Shown: one piece after another, positions 9,669-19,737 of the stretch | Position numbering within the stretch: the first letter of the stretch is position 1 | Layout of the letters: the number at the start of each line of letters is the position of its first letter | NCBI GenBank assembly: GCA_964394685.1 | Contig: CAYMYO010000001.1 | Coordinates: 128,132 to 192,131 of the forward strand | Direction: 5' to 3' | Source of the DNA: an uncultured Gammaproteobacteria bacterium | Lineage (GTDB): Bacteria > Patescibacteriota > Microgenomatia > UBA10105 > UBA927 | DNA: 64,000 nt | Made by a program: the position numbers and the translations under genes | Notes under the pieces: generated by a model | The model's database searches: none | Told to the model about the DNA's origin: nothing | What the model saw: the letters and a program-made list of their open reading frames with translations, nothing else

Positions 9669-11645
9669 ATGCCGCAAGAACTCAAAAAAATTATCATTAA
9701 TACAACAGTAACTCCAAAATCTGTAGAAAAAACTAATAAAAGATTCCCGTGGAAGTTTGTTATTATTCCACTTGTCATTATCCTCATCGTTTTTGTTGTC
9801 ATTGGCGTTATGCTCCTTCCTCTTCGAGGTGTTATAGCTAAATCGAAGGATCTTTCAACGTCCGCCCGCGTTACGATGGATGCAGTTAAATCGCAGGATC
9901 TTGAAAAAACAAAAGCAGGGCTTACCGAAACAAGGAGCAAGCTGGTGGAGCTAGAAACTGAATATAAAAAGGTATTACCTTTGAAGGTAATACCTTTTCT
10001 TGGAGCGTATATAATTGATGGAGAGCACGTCATCAAAGCCGGTTTTGCAGGCCTTACTGCAGGAGACAAAGCCATTGAGGCTATTGAACCCAATGCAGAT
10101 TTATTGGGACTTAAAGGAACAAAAAAAACGACGTTTCTTGAAGGAAGCGCAGAGGACAGGTTGCAGTTTGCAGTCAAAACCATGAGTGTTCTTATTCCAA
10201 AGATTAACGAAATGGCAACGAGTGTTGATACACTTCGGAAGGAAATATCCCAAATTGACCCAAAAAGATATCCAGAAAAAATTGGGAAAACTGTTATTCG
10301 TTCAAAACTCATATCAGGCATCGCAGTTATTGAAGAAACAGCAAACTTATTTGTGAATGCTCAACCGCTTCTTGTCAATCTTCCGTCGCTTCTTGGCGAG
10401 CCGAAAGAAAAGCGCTATCTAGTATTATTTCAAAACGATAAAGAACTTCGTTCAACAGGAGGCTTTATCACTGCATATGCGCAGTTTCGTATGGTGCGGG
10501 GCAAACCAGTGCTTGAAAAAGCAGATGATATTTACGCACTTGATGCGTCCATAGCAAAAAAATTTACCGCTCCACGGGAGATTCTCACTTTTCACAAGGG
10601 CGTATATAATCTCAATATCCGCGACAGCAATCTCTCACCTGACTACAAACTTTCAATGCAGAAGTTTGAAGAAATGTACACATATGCAAGTGGAAAGGAA
10701 AAAATTGACGGAATTATCGCAGTTGATACCCATGTTCTTGTTGAGGCATTAAAAATTTTAGGTCCGATGTACATTTACGGCAGAGAATTTAGTGCGGTTA
10801 TTGATAAACGGTGCGATTGTCCAAAGGCGGTATATGAACTGGAAGATTATTCTACAAGACCTGTTAATTATGTAAGGACCGCACGAAAAGATATTATAGG
10901 AGTCCTTCTCCAGCAAATTCTTCGTATGGCTTTGGGAGTATCCCCGTCAAAATATTGGGGAAATCTGTTCCAAATGCTCATTGCTGAGATTAATCAAAAA
11001 CATATCGTAGCCTATTTTCATGATGACGCGACTCAGAAAGCAGCAGAGAGTTTTAATTTGGCTGGTCGGATTATGACCGCAAGCGAATCCGCAGCGGTAC
11101 TTAAATATAAAGAGAATGACGGATGGGATTATCTGCATATAAATAACAGCAATATGGCTGGTGCTAAATCCAATATGTTTGTGTCAAGCAAGGTAATGAA
11201 AGATACAACAGTTAATGGTGATGGAACAATCACAACAAAGTTAACAATTGATTATAAAAATCCGTATCCGGGTTCTGACTGCGGACTGGAAAGCGGCGGA
11301 CTCTGCTTAAACGCACCGCTTCGTAATTGGGTGCGTGTGTATGCGCCGGTTGGAAGCAAGCTAACTGATAATAAAGGAGCAATATCTCCAAAAGACGGAA
11401 AGCCAACGAGCTTGGAAACATATGATAGTCTCGGAAAAACTGTATTTGAAGGATTTCTTATTGTTAATCCGATGGGGACGGCAAAATTAGAACTCACGTA
11501 TATAAGTCCTGTAAAACTACAAGGAACATATAAGTTACTTATTCAAAAACAACCAGGAACAAATGATGAAGAATATGCCATTAAACTCAATGGGAAAGAA
11601 CGAAAACGAGCACCACTGGTTACTGATACGGAATATATTTTCTAA
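9669..11645 (+). CDS. DUF4012-family membrane-anchored protein
   Basis: N-terminal TM; YLVLFQNDKELRSTGGF, RDSNLSPDY, IDGIIAVD, YKLLIQKQPG. Confidence 0.75.
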   Translation: MPQELKKIIINTTVTPKSVEKTNKRFPWKFVIIPLVIILIVFVVIGVMLLPLRGVIAKSKDLSTSARVTMDAVKSQDLEKTKAGLTETRSKLVELETEYKKVLPLKVIPFLGAYIIDGEHVIKAGFAGLTAGDKAIEAIEPNADLLGLKGTKKTTFLEGSAEDRLQFAVKTMSVLIPKINEMATSVDTLRKEISQIDPKRYPEKIGKTVIRSKLISGIAVIEETANLFVNAQPLLVNLPSLLGEPKEKRYLVLFQNDKELRSTGGFITAYAQFRMVRGKPVLEKADDIYALDASIAKKFTAPREILTFHKGVYNLNIRDSNLSPDYKLSMQKFEEMYTYASGKEKIDGIIAVDTHVLVEALKILGPMYIYGREFSAVIDKRCDCPKAVYELEDYSTRPVNYVRTARKDIIGVLLQQILRMALGVSPSKYWGNLFQMLIAEINQKHIVAYFHDDATQKAAESFNLAGRIMTASESAAVLKYKENDGWDYLHINNSNMAGAKSNMFVSSKVMKDTTVNGDGTITTKLTIDYKNPYPGSDCGLESGGLCLNAPLRNWVRVYAPVGSKLTDNKGAISPKDGKPTSLETYDSLGKTVFEGFLIVNPMGTAKLELTYISPVKLQGTYKLLIQKQPGTNDEEYAIKLNGKERKRAPLVTDTEYIF

Positions 11646-11648
11646 CGC

Positions 11649-12206
11649 ATGAATCATCTTTCGGTGTATCGGGTAACAGCATTTATTTTAAGACGTTCCA
11701 ATATCGGAGAAACGGATAAAATTCTTACGATATTCTCAAAAAACATCGGTAAACTCCGCGTGATAGCCAAAGGTATAAGAAAAATTTCAAGCCGTCGTGG
11801 TCCGCATGTTGATTTATTTAATGAGGTGTCCATGATGCTCCACCATGGGAAAACAATGGATATTGTTACTGAAGTAACAACAATACAAACATATAGAACC
11901 GGTTTTTCCTCATGGGTTCGGATGCGGGCGGCATATTTAGTTGTAGAGATTTTGGATAAACTCGTGCCGGAACACGTTGAGCATCAGGATATCTATAATA
12001 AGCTTCATGAAACGTTTGGAGCAATTGTAACCATTCAGGAGCAGGAGATAGATACGGTTTTACTATCCTTTTGCAACGAGGTGCTTTCGATGTTGGGATT
12101 TTTGTCTTCTGATAAGAGGTTTTCAACATTAGCGACTGCGATAGCATTTGTCGAGCGTATCGCCGAACGGAAAATAAAAACAGCAAAATTTTTTCTTACA
12201 ATTTGA
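11649..12206 (+). CDS. recO: DNA repair protein RecO (short form)
   Basis: GETDKILTIFS...GKLRVIAKGIRK..SR OB-fold motif; next to glyS. Confidence 0.85.
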   Translation: MNHLSVYRVTAFILRRSNIGETDKILTIFSKNIGKLRVIAKGIRKISSRRGPHVDLFNEVSMMLHHGKTMDIVTEVTTIQTYRTGFSSWVRMRAAYLVVEILDKLVPEHVEHQDIYNKLHETFGAIVTIQEQEIDTVLLSFCNEVLSMLGFLSSDKRFSTLATAIAFVERIAERKIKTAKFFLTI

Positions 12207-12212
12207 TACAAT
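12204..12212 (+). promoter_or_regulatory. Extended -10 promoter, 6 nt before the glyS ATG (likely leaderless transcript)
   Basis: TGATACAAT-ACGTAT-ATG; no Shine-Dalgarno. Confidence 0.55.
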
Positions 12213-12218
12213 ACGTAT

Positions 12219-13526
12219 ATGAGCGTCCTTGATAAAATTATTTCTCTAACCAAACGCCGTGGGTTTGTATTTCCAACCAGTGATATCTATGGTGGTATTG
12301 CAGGATTTTATGATCTCGGACCAACCGGTGTACTTTTTGCTAAACACATCAAAGATTTGTGGTGGAAAGATTTGGTGCAATCACGAGATGATGTGGTCGG
12401 ACTTGATTCGAGCATCATCCTCAATCCAAAAACATGGGAAGCGTCTGGGCATGTATCAGCATTTACAGACCCCTTAGTTGAATGCAAATTGTGTCATGAG
12501 CGGCTACGGGCTGATCAGGAAGATGAAATTGCAGATCATGTCAAAAAACATTCCTCGCGGGGAGAAACGAATATCGTTTGGACTGAACCTAGACAATTTA
12601 ATCTTCTATTTAAGACGTATGTAGGGCCTGTTGAGGATTCGAAAAGTATCGCGTACCTTCGAGGTGAAACATGTCAAGGAATTTATTGTAATTTTGTAAG
12701 TGTCATGGCTTCAACTAGGGTGAAAATCCCTTTTGGTATTGCGCAGATTGGAAAAGCGTTCAGAAATGAAGTAACACCGGGAAAATTTCTTTTTCGGCTT
12801 CGCGAATTTGAACAGATGGAACTGGAGTATTTTGTGCGTCCGTTAGAGGCCGAAAAAGCATTTGTCTACTGGAAAGAAGAGCGTATGAAATGGCATCTGT
12901 CTCTTGGTTTATCCAAAGATAAATTGCGATTCCGTCAACACGAAGCCACTGAGCGAGCACACTATGCAGCTGATTCTTGGGATATTGAGTATGATTTTCC
13001 GGACTGGGGTTTTAAAGAGCTTGAGGGAATAGCAAACCGTACGGATTATGATCTAAAAACGCATGGAAAATGGAGTGGGAAGGACCTTTCAGTTATTGAT
13101 CCGGATACGAATGAGAGATATATCCCATATGTTATTGAACCGTCGGTTGGCGTCTCGAGACTTATGCTCGCGCTTTTTATAGATAGCTTTGTGAAAGAAG
13201 AAAAACGGACAGTACTCAAGCTCAAACCAGCTCTCGCTCCGTATCGTGTAGCGGTATTTCCGCTTTTAGCCAATAAACCGGAGTTAATAGCAAAAGCCCA
13301 GTTGATATACCATGCTATGAAAAAGCTATATAGCGCGACATGGGATGATCGTGGAAATATTGGAAAACGGTATCTGGCTCAAGATGAAATTGGAACGCCG
13401 TGGTGTGTGACCGTTGATTTTACGACTCTTGTTGATGATACAGTAACGATTCGGAACCGTGATACGACAAAACAAGACCGTATTTCTATTTCAAAGGTAT
13501 CTGCATATATAGATATGCATATATAG
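12219..13526 (+). CDS. glyS: Glycine--tRNA ligase, alpha2 (homodimeric) type
   Basis: KRRGFVF, WEASGH, YLRGET.QGI, GKAFRNE, REFEQME, IGKRY..QDEIGTP. Confidence 0.95.
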   Translation: MSVLDKIISLTKRRGFVFPTSDIYGGIAGFYDLGPTGVLFAKHIKDLWWKDLVQSRDDVVGLDSSIILNPKTWEASGHVSAFTDPLVECKLCHERLRADQEDEIADHVKKHSSRGETNIVWTEPRQFNLLFKTYVGPVEDSKSIAYLRGETCQGIYCNFVSVMASTRVKIPFGIAQIGKAFRNEVTPGKFLFRLREFEQMELEYFVRPLEAEKAFVYWKEERMKWHLSLGLSKDKLRFRQHEATERAHYAADSWDIEYDFPDWGFKELEGIANRTDYDLKTHGKWSGKDLSVIDPDTNERYIPYVIEPSVGVSRLMLALFIDSFVKEEKRTVLKLKPALAPYRVAVFPLLANKPELIAKAQLIYHAMKKLYSATWDDRGNIGKRYLAQDEIGTPWCVTVDFTTLVDDTVTIRNRDTTKQDRISISKVSAYIDMHI

Positions 13527-13536
13527 AAAGGAACAT

Positions 13537-13992
13537 ATGAATAAAAAATTATTACCAATTATTCTGGGTGTTATTGGGATTGGAGCTATTGTAGTAGGGT
13601 TTGTCGTACTCAAAAAACCTTCAACAAAACCGCAAGAGCCTATTGTTGAAGAAGAGCAGTTGGTTGAGGCAGATAGTTCAATAGTTGCAAGTGTCGTTTG
13701 GAGCAAAGTCAAAGACAACACTATTGTTCTTTCTATTTCAGGATTAAAGAGCGGATATGCGAAAGTTGCGTATGAAGTGAGCTATGAAACGCAGGGGGTG
13801 GTACAAGGAGTGACCACAAAGCCACTGGATATTGCTGGAAAAGATTCATTTACGAGGGATGATATCTATCTCGGAACCTGTTCGAAAAACGTATGCCGTC
13901 CTCATACAGGAGTCAAAAAGGTGTCTTTAGTTCTTGAATTTATTGACACATCCGGCAAAAAAAGCCAATTGACCAAAGATTTTGATCTGTAA
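13537..13992 (+). CDS. Hypothetical membrane-anchored beta-rich protein
   Basis: N-terminal TM helix, LGTCS..VC motif; AAAGGA upstream. Confidence 0.7.
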   Translation: MNKKLLPIILGVIGIGAIVVGFVVLKKPSTKPQEPIVEEEQLVEADSSIVASVVWSKVKDNTIVLSISGLKSGYAKVAYEVSYETQGVVQGVTTKPLDIAGKDSFTRDDIYLGTCSKNVCRPHTGVKKVSLVLEFIDTSGKKSQLTKDFDL

Positions 13993-14023
13993 GTTCTCTG
14001 TTTAATTCTTCGTGAAATACCCC

Positions 14024-14085
14024 TTGACAACCCGTGAAAAATGGGGGAATATGGATATAGATGGGAAGAAATGGTAATATACGGG
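14024..14085 (+). promoter_or_regulatory. dcw promoter with five MraZ-box-like direct repeats at 10-bp spacing
   Basis: TTGACA at 14024-14029; ATGGG/ATGGA/ATGGG/ATGGT/ACGGG at 14041, 14051, 14061, 14071 and 14081, directly before mraZ. Confidence 0.75.
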
Positions 14086-14086
14086 T

Positions 14087-14470
14087 ATGAAACTTTTCCT
14101 TGGGGAATACGATCACATACTTGACGAACGGGGCCGGGTAACGCTTCCAAGAAAGATCAGGGTTGAGTTAGGAGAAAGGGAATTAGTATTGACAAAAGGG
14201 TTTGACAAGTGCATTTTTGGATTTGATTTGGCAGCATGGGAGAAAGAAGCAACAAAGCAGCTCGAAACACCTGTGACAACAGAAGAGGGAAGAAAACTAC
14301 GAAGGTACGTGTTTGGAGCGGCAGAAAAGGTTGAGACAGATAAATTAGGTCGAGTTGTGATGCCTACCCACCTCAAGGAATACGCTGGGATTGATGATGA
14401 AGTAAAGATTATCGGAGCAGGCGATCATTTTGAAATTTGGAACAAAAAGGATTGGGATACGCATGAGTAA
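14087..14470 (+). CDS. mraZ: Division/cell-wall cluster transcriptional repressor MraZ
   Basis: FLGEY.H.LDERGRV.LP and DKLGRV (two DxxxR motifs), IIGAGDHFEIW. Confidence 0.95.
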   Translation: MKLFLGEYDHILDERGRVTLPRKIRVELGERELVLTKGFDKCIFGFDLAAWEKEATKQLETPVTTEEGRKLRRYVFGAAEKVETDKLGRVVMPTHLKEYAGIDDEVKIIGAGDHFEIWNKKDWDTHE

Positions 14471-15314
14471 CTATCACACGCCTGTTCTTGTTGACGAAGT
14501 GATGAGCGAATTGCAAGTGACGGCTGGAAAACGCTTTATTGATGCGACATTGGGCGGAGGTGGACACACAAAGAAAATGCTTGAGCTGGGAGCTGAGGTA
14601 TTGGCAATTGATGAGGATATTGATTCAATAGAAGAAAATGCAAAACTAATTGGTCCACACTGCAGAATTGTACAAGGAAATTTCCGAGATATTGAAACAA
14701 TAGCTAAGAACAACAATTGGACGAATGTTGACGGAATATTGTTTGACTTGGGAGTTTCCAGCCATCAACTTGATACACAGGCTAGGGGATTTTCCTATCG
14801 ATTTGATGAATCAGCTTTAGATATGCGGTTTGGTGATACAAGTAAACCAAGCGCATATACAACAGTGAATGATAGTTCGTATGATGAGCTATTTAACATT
14901 TTTGCAACATTTGGCGAAGTTGAGCGGGCTGGAGTTATTGCCAAAGAGATCCTATTGACTCGAAAAACAAGTCCAATTGCGACAGTTGGACAGTTGAGAA
15001 AATGTATTGAAAGAGCTGTCGGAACAGGAAATCGAGATACTGTCGGTCGTATATTTCAAGCAATACGAATTGTAGTAAATAACGAACTGGCGTCATTACA
15101 AGCAGGACTTACTGGGGCGATGAAGGTAGTGAAAGTCGGAGGAAGAATTGCTGTTATTAGCTTTCATTCTCTGGAAGACCGTATTGTTAAGCGATTTTTT
15201 CTCAATAACAAGGTAAACGTTATTGATAAGAAACCGATTATTCCAGGCGCGTTGGAACAACAAGAAAATCGAAGATCCAGAAGTGCAAAATTAAGAATAG
15301 CAGAGAAAGTGTAA
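14463..15314 (+). CDS. rsmH: 16S rRNA m4C1402 methyltransferase
   Basis: HTPVL, DATLGGGGH, DLGVSS.QLD, ISFHSLEDRIVK, NRRSRSAKLR. Confidence 0.95.
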   Translation: MSNYHTPVLVDEVMSELQVTAGKRFIDATLGGGGHTKKMLELGAEVLAIDEDIDSIEENAKLIGPHCRIVQGNFRDIETIAKNNNWTNVDGILFDLGVSSHQLDTQARGFSYRFDESALDMRFGDTSKPSAYTTVNDSSYDELFNIFATFGEVERAGVIAKEILLTRKTSPIATVGQLRKCIERAVGTGNRDTVGRIFQAIRIVVNNELASLQAGLTGAMKVVKVGGRIAVISFHSLEDRIVKRFFLNNKVNVIDKKPIIPGALEQQENRRSRSAKLRIAEKV

Positions 15315-15318
15315 GCAT

Positions 15319-15603
15319 ATGAAAAAAATAATTATTACGCTCAGTGCTATTACCATATGTCTTCTTGTGGCTCAGATTGTATATTCAAGTATGTTAGTGG
15401 GAGACGGAAAAGCAATTCGACGTATTGATCAAAGAATTACTGAAATGAAAGGAACAACTGCGTTGTTAGCTGAACAGGTAGCTTCCGCTTCATCGCTTCT
15501 TGTAGTTCACAATAAAGCCCTTTCTATGGGATTTACAGAAAAACCAAAAGTTATGACCATCCACAAAGATCAGTTTGTAGCGAGCCTCGTTCCTGTACAA
15601 TAG
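15319..15603 (+). CDS. FtsL-like cell division protein
   Basis: 94 aa, TM plus coiled coil ending A.SMGF; lies between rsmH and the PBP gene. Confidence 0.6.
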   Translation: MKKIIITLSAITICLLVAQIVYSSMLVGDGKAIRRIDQRITEMKGTTALLAEQVASASSLLVVHNKALSMGFTEKPKVMTIHKDQFVASLVPVQ

Positions 15604-15607
15604 GGAT

Positions 15608-17284
15608 ATGTGGCGAATTTGGTTCGTCTTTTCACTATTTATACTCCTCGTGTTTGGTATTATTGCTCGCCTTTTTTATTGGCAAATTATTTCAGGCTAT
15701 CATTTGAAGGCTGAGGCAACGGCACAATATAAACTTGAATTAACACTTCCGGCTGAAAGGGGAAGTATTATTACCAGTGATGGCTATCCCATTGTCATGA
15801 ATAAATCAGCATCTCTTGTGTATGCCGAGCCAAAAAATATAGAAAACCACAAGGTATTTTCCGAACTGGTCTCACAAGCGTTACACATTGATGTTGCAAG
15901 CGTGGCTGCGATGATTTCTGATTCTTCACGCATGTGGTCTCCAATTCTTCATAAAGTAGATGAAGAAAAGATTCAAGAGTTAAAATCACTTACTATCAAA
16001 GGATTAGGATTTGAAAAAGAACCAAAACGATATTATCCGGAAGGGTCCATGGCAGCACAACTATTGGGATTTGTCGGACTTGATCAAAACGGATACGATG
16101 TGGGGTATTTCGGTCTTGAGGGTTACTACAACCGGGAATTACAGGGAAAAGCAGGAAGTGTCACGATTGAAAAGGATGTCACCGGAGCCCCAATTCTTGT
16201 TGGAGAATCTATTAGAATTGAGTCGGAGAATGGAAGCACGATGGTTTTGTGGCTTGACCGGACAATCCAAAACATTGTTGAAAAAAAACTTATAGAAGGA
16301 ATACAAAAATATGGAGCAAAAGAAGGATCAGTCGTCGTTATGGATCCAAGCACGGGTGGAATTCTTGCGATGGCGTCGTATCCTTCGTACCATCCGGGAC
16401 AGTACCAACTGTTTGATCGCGAACTGTATAAAAATCCAATTGTTGCGTCTCAATATGAGCCGGGATCGACCTTTAAAGCGCTTGTTATGGGAGCAGCCAT
16501 TGATAAGGGGCTCATTAAAGCGACAACTATTTTTGATGAAAAAGGACCAGTTGAGGTTTCTGATTACACGATTAGAACCTGGAATAACGAATATCACGGT
16601 CCAATTACTATGACTCAGGTGCTCGAGCATTCATCAAATGTGGGTATGGTGCACGTTGGAAAATTACTGGGAATTGATGCATTCGTTAAATTTATCAAAG
16701 ATGTTGGGTTCGGTATACCAACAAAAATAGACTTGGAAGATGAAAGTTCTCCGGAAATGCGCGCTGATCGCGATTGGAAAGAAATAGATCTCGCAACAGC
16801 CTCTTTTGGTCAGGGAATTGCCGTTACTCCTCTTCAAATGGTACGAGCGACCTCTGCTATTGCCAACGGCGGATGGCTGATGGAGCCGCATATGGTAAAA
16901 AAGATGCAAAATACAAAAGGAAGAACAATGGAAATAAAACCAAAAAAAGTCAGACAAATATTTAGCGGTGCGACTGCTCAAATAGTTACAGAAATGATGA
17001 CAGCGGCTGTTGATAATGGAGAAGCTAAATGGGCGAAGCCGAAAGGGTATCGGATTGCAGGAAAAACAGGAACTGCGCAAATTCCAGTTGCCGGTCATTA
17101 TGATGAAAAAAAGACAATCGCGTCATTTGTTGGATTTGCGCCTGCTGATAAACCACGGTTTACCATGCTCGTCACTCTCCGGGAACCAAGCTCGTCCCAG
17201 TGGGGTTCCGAGACAGCAGCACCTCTTTTTTTCAATATCGCCAAAGACATTTTTCTCTACTTGGGCATCCCCGCACAATTATAA
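15608..17284 (+). CDS. ftsI: Class B penicillin-binding protein (FtsI-like)
   Basis: EPGSTFK (SxxK), SSN, AGKTGTAQ; N-terminal TM; dcw position. Confidence 0.9.
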   Translation: MWRIWFVFSLFILLVFGIIARLFYWQIISGYHLKAEATAQYKLELTLPAERGSIITSDGYPIVMNKSASLVYAEPKNIENHKVFSELVSQALHIDVASVAAMISDSSRMWSPILHKVDEEKIQELKSLTIKGLGFEKEPKRYYPEGSMAAQLLGFVGLDQNGYDVGYFGLEGYYNRELQGKAGSVTIEKDVTGAPILVGESIRIESENGSTMVLWLDRTIQNIVEKKLIEGIQKYGAKEGSVVVMDPSTGGILAMASYPSYHPGQYQLFDRELYKNPIVASQYEPGSTFKALVMGAAIDKGLIKATTIFDEKGPVEVSDYTIRTWNNEYHGPITMTQVLEHSSNVGMVHVGKLLGIDAFVKFIKDVGFGIPTKIDLEDESSPEMRADRDWKEIDLATASFGQGIAVTPLQMVRATSAIANGGWLMEPHMVKKMQNTKGRTMEIKPKKVRQIFSGATAQIVTEMMTAAVDNGEAKWAKPKGYRIAGKTGTAQIPVAGHYDEKKTIASFVGFAPADKPRFTMLVTLREPSSSQWGSETAAPLFFNIAKDIFLYLGIPAQL

Positions 17285-17379
17285 CTTGTAAATTACTCAT
17301 GCGGTCGCATATCAAAAACACAGATATAGTTTTATTTTTTACATTATCATAACAATATTTGTGGTATTATTATGTCATT

Positions 17380-17856
17380 ATGGTTTTAGACAATTACACA
17401 ACTTTTATCGAAGAAATATTAAAGAAAATAAGTGAACTGGGAATTGATGTATCGGATCTCGATATGGATCATATCGGACATCAAGCATCTTCAAATGAAG
17501 ATTACGACAATCTAAAAACAGAGTTTGATAAAATCGGTACATTAGTTTCTGAAAAAATTGTTGGAGGTCGAAGAGTGGGAATATATAAATTGAAAAACCC
17601 ATTGAAATATAAACAATATGTAAATGAAGCAATTGAACTCGTTGCTCCAAAAGAAGGGCAGATATGCCCATCAGCATTAGAACATGTTGAATTTGTTTTT
17701 AAAGAAACGTTTGACTCTTTTATGAAGAGATACCCAAATGTTTCTTGGGATACATCAAAAGTAAATCAGCCAATGTTTCCGATGATTAATCTTAAAATAA
17801 GTGATACAACACAAGTCAAATTCCACTACACACCAGTGTTAGAGATTATAAAATAG
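17380..17856 (+). CDS. VOC/glyoxalase-fold protein, YecM-like
   Basis: MDHIG, GGRR, IELVAPK, LEHVEFV, VKFH. Confidence 0.7.
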   Translation: MVLDNYTTFIEEILKKISELGIDVSDLDMDHIGHQASSNEDYDNLKTEFDKIGTLVSEKIVGGRRVGIYKLKNPLKYKQYVNEAIELVAPKEGQICPSALEHVEFVFKETFDSFMKRYPNVSWDTSKVNQPMFPMINLKISDTTQVKFHYTPVLEIIK

Positions 17857-17895
17857 TTCGTTTTAGCCTCAAAGCGGTAAAATATTTCCTGTTTT

Positions 17896-17904
17896 TGGTA
17901 TAAT
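17896..17904 (+). promoter_or_regulatory. Extended -10 promoter, 6 nt before the murE ATG
   Basis: TGGTATAAT-CAATGG-ATG. Confidence 0.6.
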
Positions 17905-17910
17905 CAATGG

Positions 17911-19089
17911 ATGATGAGATGGCTGAAGGGCCTGTATCATTTTGTTGTTGCCGTTTGCTCGGCACTCTATTTTCGCTTCCCGGGGTCTCAACTTACGGTC
18001 ATCGGCGTAACAGGCACTGACGGAAAGACCACTACTACAACTCTAATTTACGAAATTCTCAAGGCTGCCGGATATAAAACATCAATGATTACCTCTGTTC
18101 AGGCGGTTATCGCAGACCGAAGGTACGATACAGGGTTTCACGTAACGACCCCAAATGCCTTCTGGGTGCAGAAATACCTTCGGGAGGCTCTCAATCATGG
18201 CGATACGCATGTAGTGTTAGAAGTGACATCACACGCGCTCTCACAATCTCGTGTCTGGGGAGTAAAATTTTCTATTGGAGTTTTAACAAATATCACCAAT
18301 GAACATCTTGATTGGCATAAAACATATGAAAATTATCGAAATACCAAAGTAAAACTGTTACTTCAAAGTGAAAATGTTGTTCTTAACCGGGATGAAGCAG
18401 ATTTGTATGCGTGGGCAGCTCCGCTTTTACGCCATAAAAATCTTGTAACATACGGCATATACCGCCAGGCAAAAATTACTCCAGGGGTATACCCATTCAA
18501 AACAAATCTTCCCGGTGAATTTAATAAGTATAACTGTTTAGCAGCTATCGCTGCATCATCTGTTCTTAATATTCCCAGACAAAAGATTTTATCAGCAGTG
18601 AAAGGTTTTAAAGGAGTGTCAGGACGCATGGAAATTGTTATATCGAAGCCATATACCGTCATTGTTGATTTTGCTCATACACCAAACGCAATAACTCAGG
18701 CGTTAAAGACGGTACGTGAGCAAACAAAGGGAAGACTCATACATGTATTTGGAAGTGCTGGACTTCGGGATGCAACGAAACGTCCATATATGGGAAAAGC
18801 ATCGGCTGAATATGCTGATGAGATCATTTTGACAGAAGAAGATTATCGGACAGAGGATGTCCGGATGATCATAGAAGAGATTGCATCAGGTATACCAGTA
18901 TATAAAAAGATTCATAAGATTCCAAGCAGAAAAGACGCCATCGCTTACGCATTAACACTTGCACAAAAAGGAGATGTTGTCATGATAACCGGTAAGGGCC
19001 ATGAAAAGAGCCTCTGTCGTGGCACTATTGAATATCCCTGGAGTGATCAAGAAATGGTGAAAAAGATTTTAAAAAAGAAGTCTTTATGA
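17911..19089 (+). CDS. murE: UDP-MurNAc-dipeptide diamino-acid ligase MurE (lacks the N-terminal domain)
   Basis: GVTGTDGKTTT, EVTSH, EHLDWH, VDFAHTP, GKGHE. Confidence 0.9.
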   Translation: MMRWLKGLYHFVVAVCSALYFRFPGSQLTVIGVTGTDGKTTTTTLIYEILKAAGYKTSMITSVQAVIADRRYDTGFHVTTPNAFWVQKYLREALNHGDTHVVLEVTSHALSQSRVWGVKFSIGVLTNITNEHLDWHKTYENYRNTKVKLLLQSENVVLNRDEADLYAWAAPLLRHKNLVTYGIYRQAKITPGVYPFKTNLPGEFNKYNCLAAIAASSVLNIPRQKILSAVKGFKGVSGRMEIVISKPYTVIVDFAHTPNAITQALKTVREQTKGRLIHVFGSAGLRDATKRPYMGKASAEYADEIILTEEDYRTEDVRMIIEEIASGIPVYKKIHKIPSRKDAIAYALTLAQKGDVVMITGKGHEKSLCRGTIEYPWSDQEMVKKILKKKSL

Positions 19090-19736
19090 TTCAAAAAAAG
19101 AACAATATTTATTTCTCTTCACTTCTAGAACAGTTTCCACATATCACACACGGATTTACAACAAAGAAGCAAGGCAACATGCTACATGAGTCAACAAGAA
19201 AAGATTTTTTTGCTTCTATTGGCGTTGCATATACGGACGTTGTTTTACAAGAGCAAGTGCATGGAATAGCTATTCATGTGGTTTCACCAGTAGATCGCGG
19301 AAAAACCATACCTGGTATTGATGGGCTTGTATATCAAAAAAAAGAAGATACACCCATTTTGTTATGTGTACATGTGGGAGACTGTGTACCGCTTTTGTTC
19401 GCTGACCAGACAAAAAAAATCATTGGGGTTGCGCATTCTGGTTGGAAAGGCACAGAGAAACATATTGCAAGAGAGATGGTGAAAACATTTCAAATATTAG
19501 GTTCGTCCCCAGATGATATAGTGATTGCTTTTGGACCATTTATTTGCCGCGATTGCTATCCTGTTGATCTGTGGAAGAATATTTTCTCTGATTTATTGGA
19601 ACAATCGATACAAAAAGATCATATCGATTATGACAAGACACTTTGTACATTCGAGAAGAAAGAACTTTTTTATTCATGGAGGAGAAAAAATGAACCTTTT
19701 GGTGAAATAATGGGGTATATTGGATATACGGGATAA
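19086..19736 (+). CDS. pgeF: PgeF/YfiH family peptidoglycan editing factor (short form)
   Basis: HGFTT, QVHG, GDCVP, AHSGWKG, FYSWR. Confidence 0.8.
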   Translation: MIQKKNNIYFSSLLEQFPHITHGFTTKKQGNMLHESTRKDFFASIGVAYTDVVLQEQVHGIAIHVVSPVDRGKTIPGIDGLVYQKKEDTPILLCVHVGDCVPLLFADQTKKIIGVAHSGWKGTEKHIAREMVKTFQILGSSPDDIVIAFGPFICRDCYPVDLWKNIFSDLLEQSIQKDHIDYDKTLCTFEKKELFYSWRRKNEPFGEIMGYIGYTG

Positions 19737-19737
19737 T

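Noticed and set aside
9662-10321. 219-aa antisense ORF and the many other short overlapping ORFs in the track
   Set aside because: They are shadows of well-supported genes on the other strand or frame and have no motifs.
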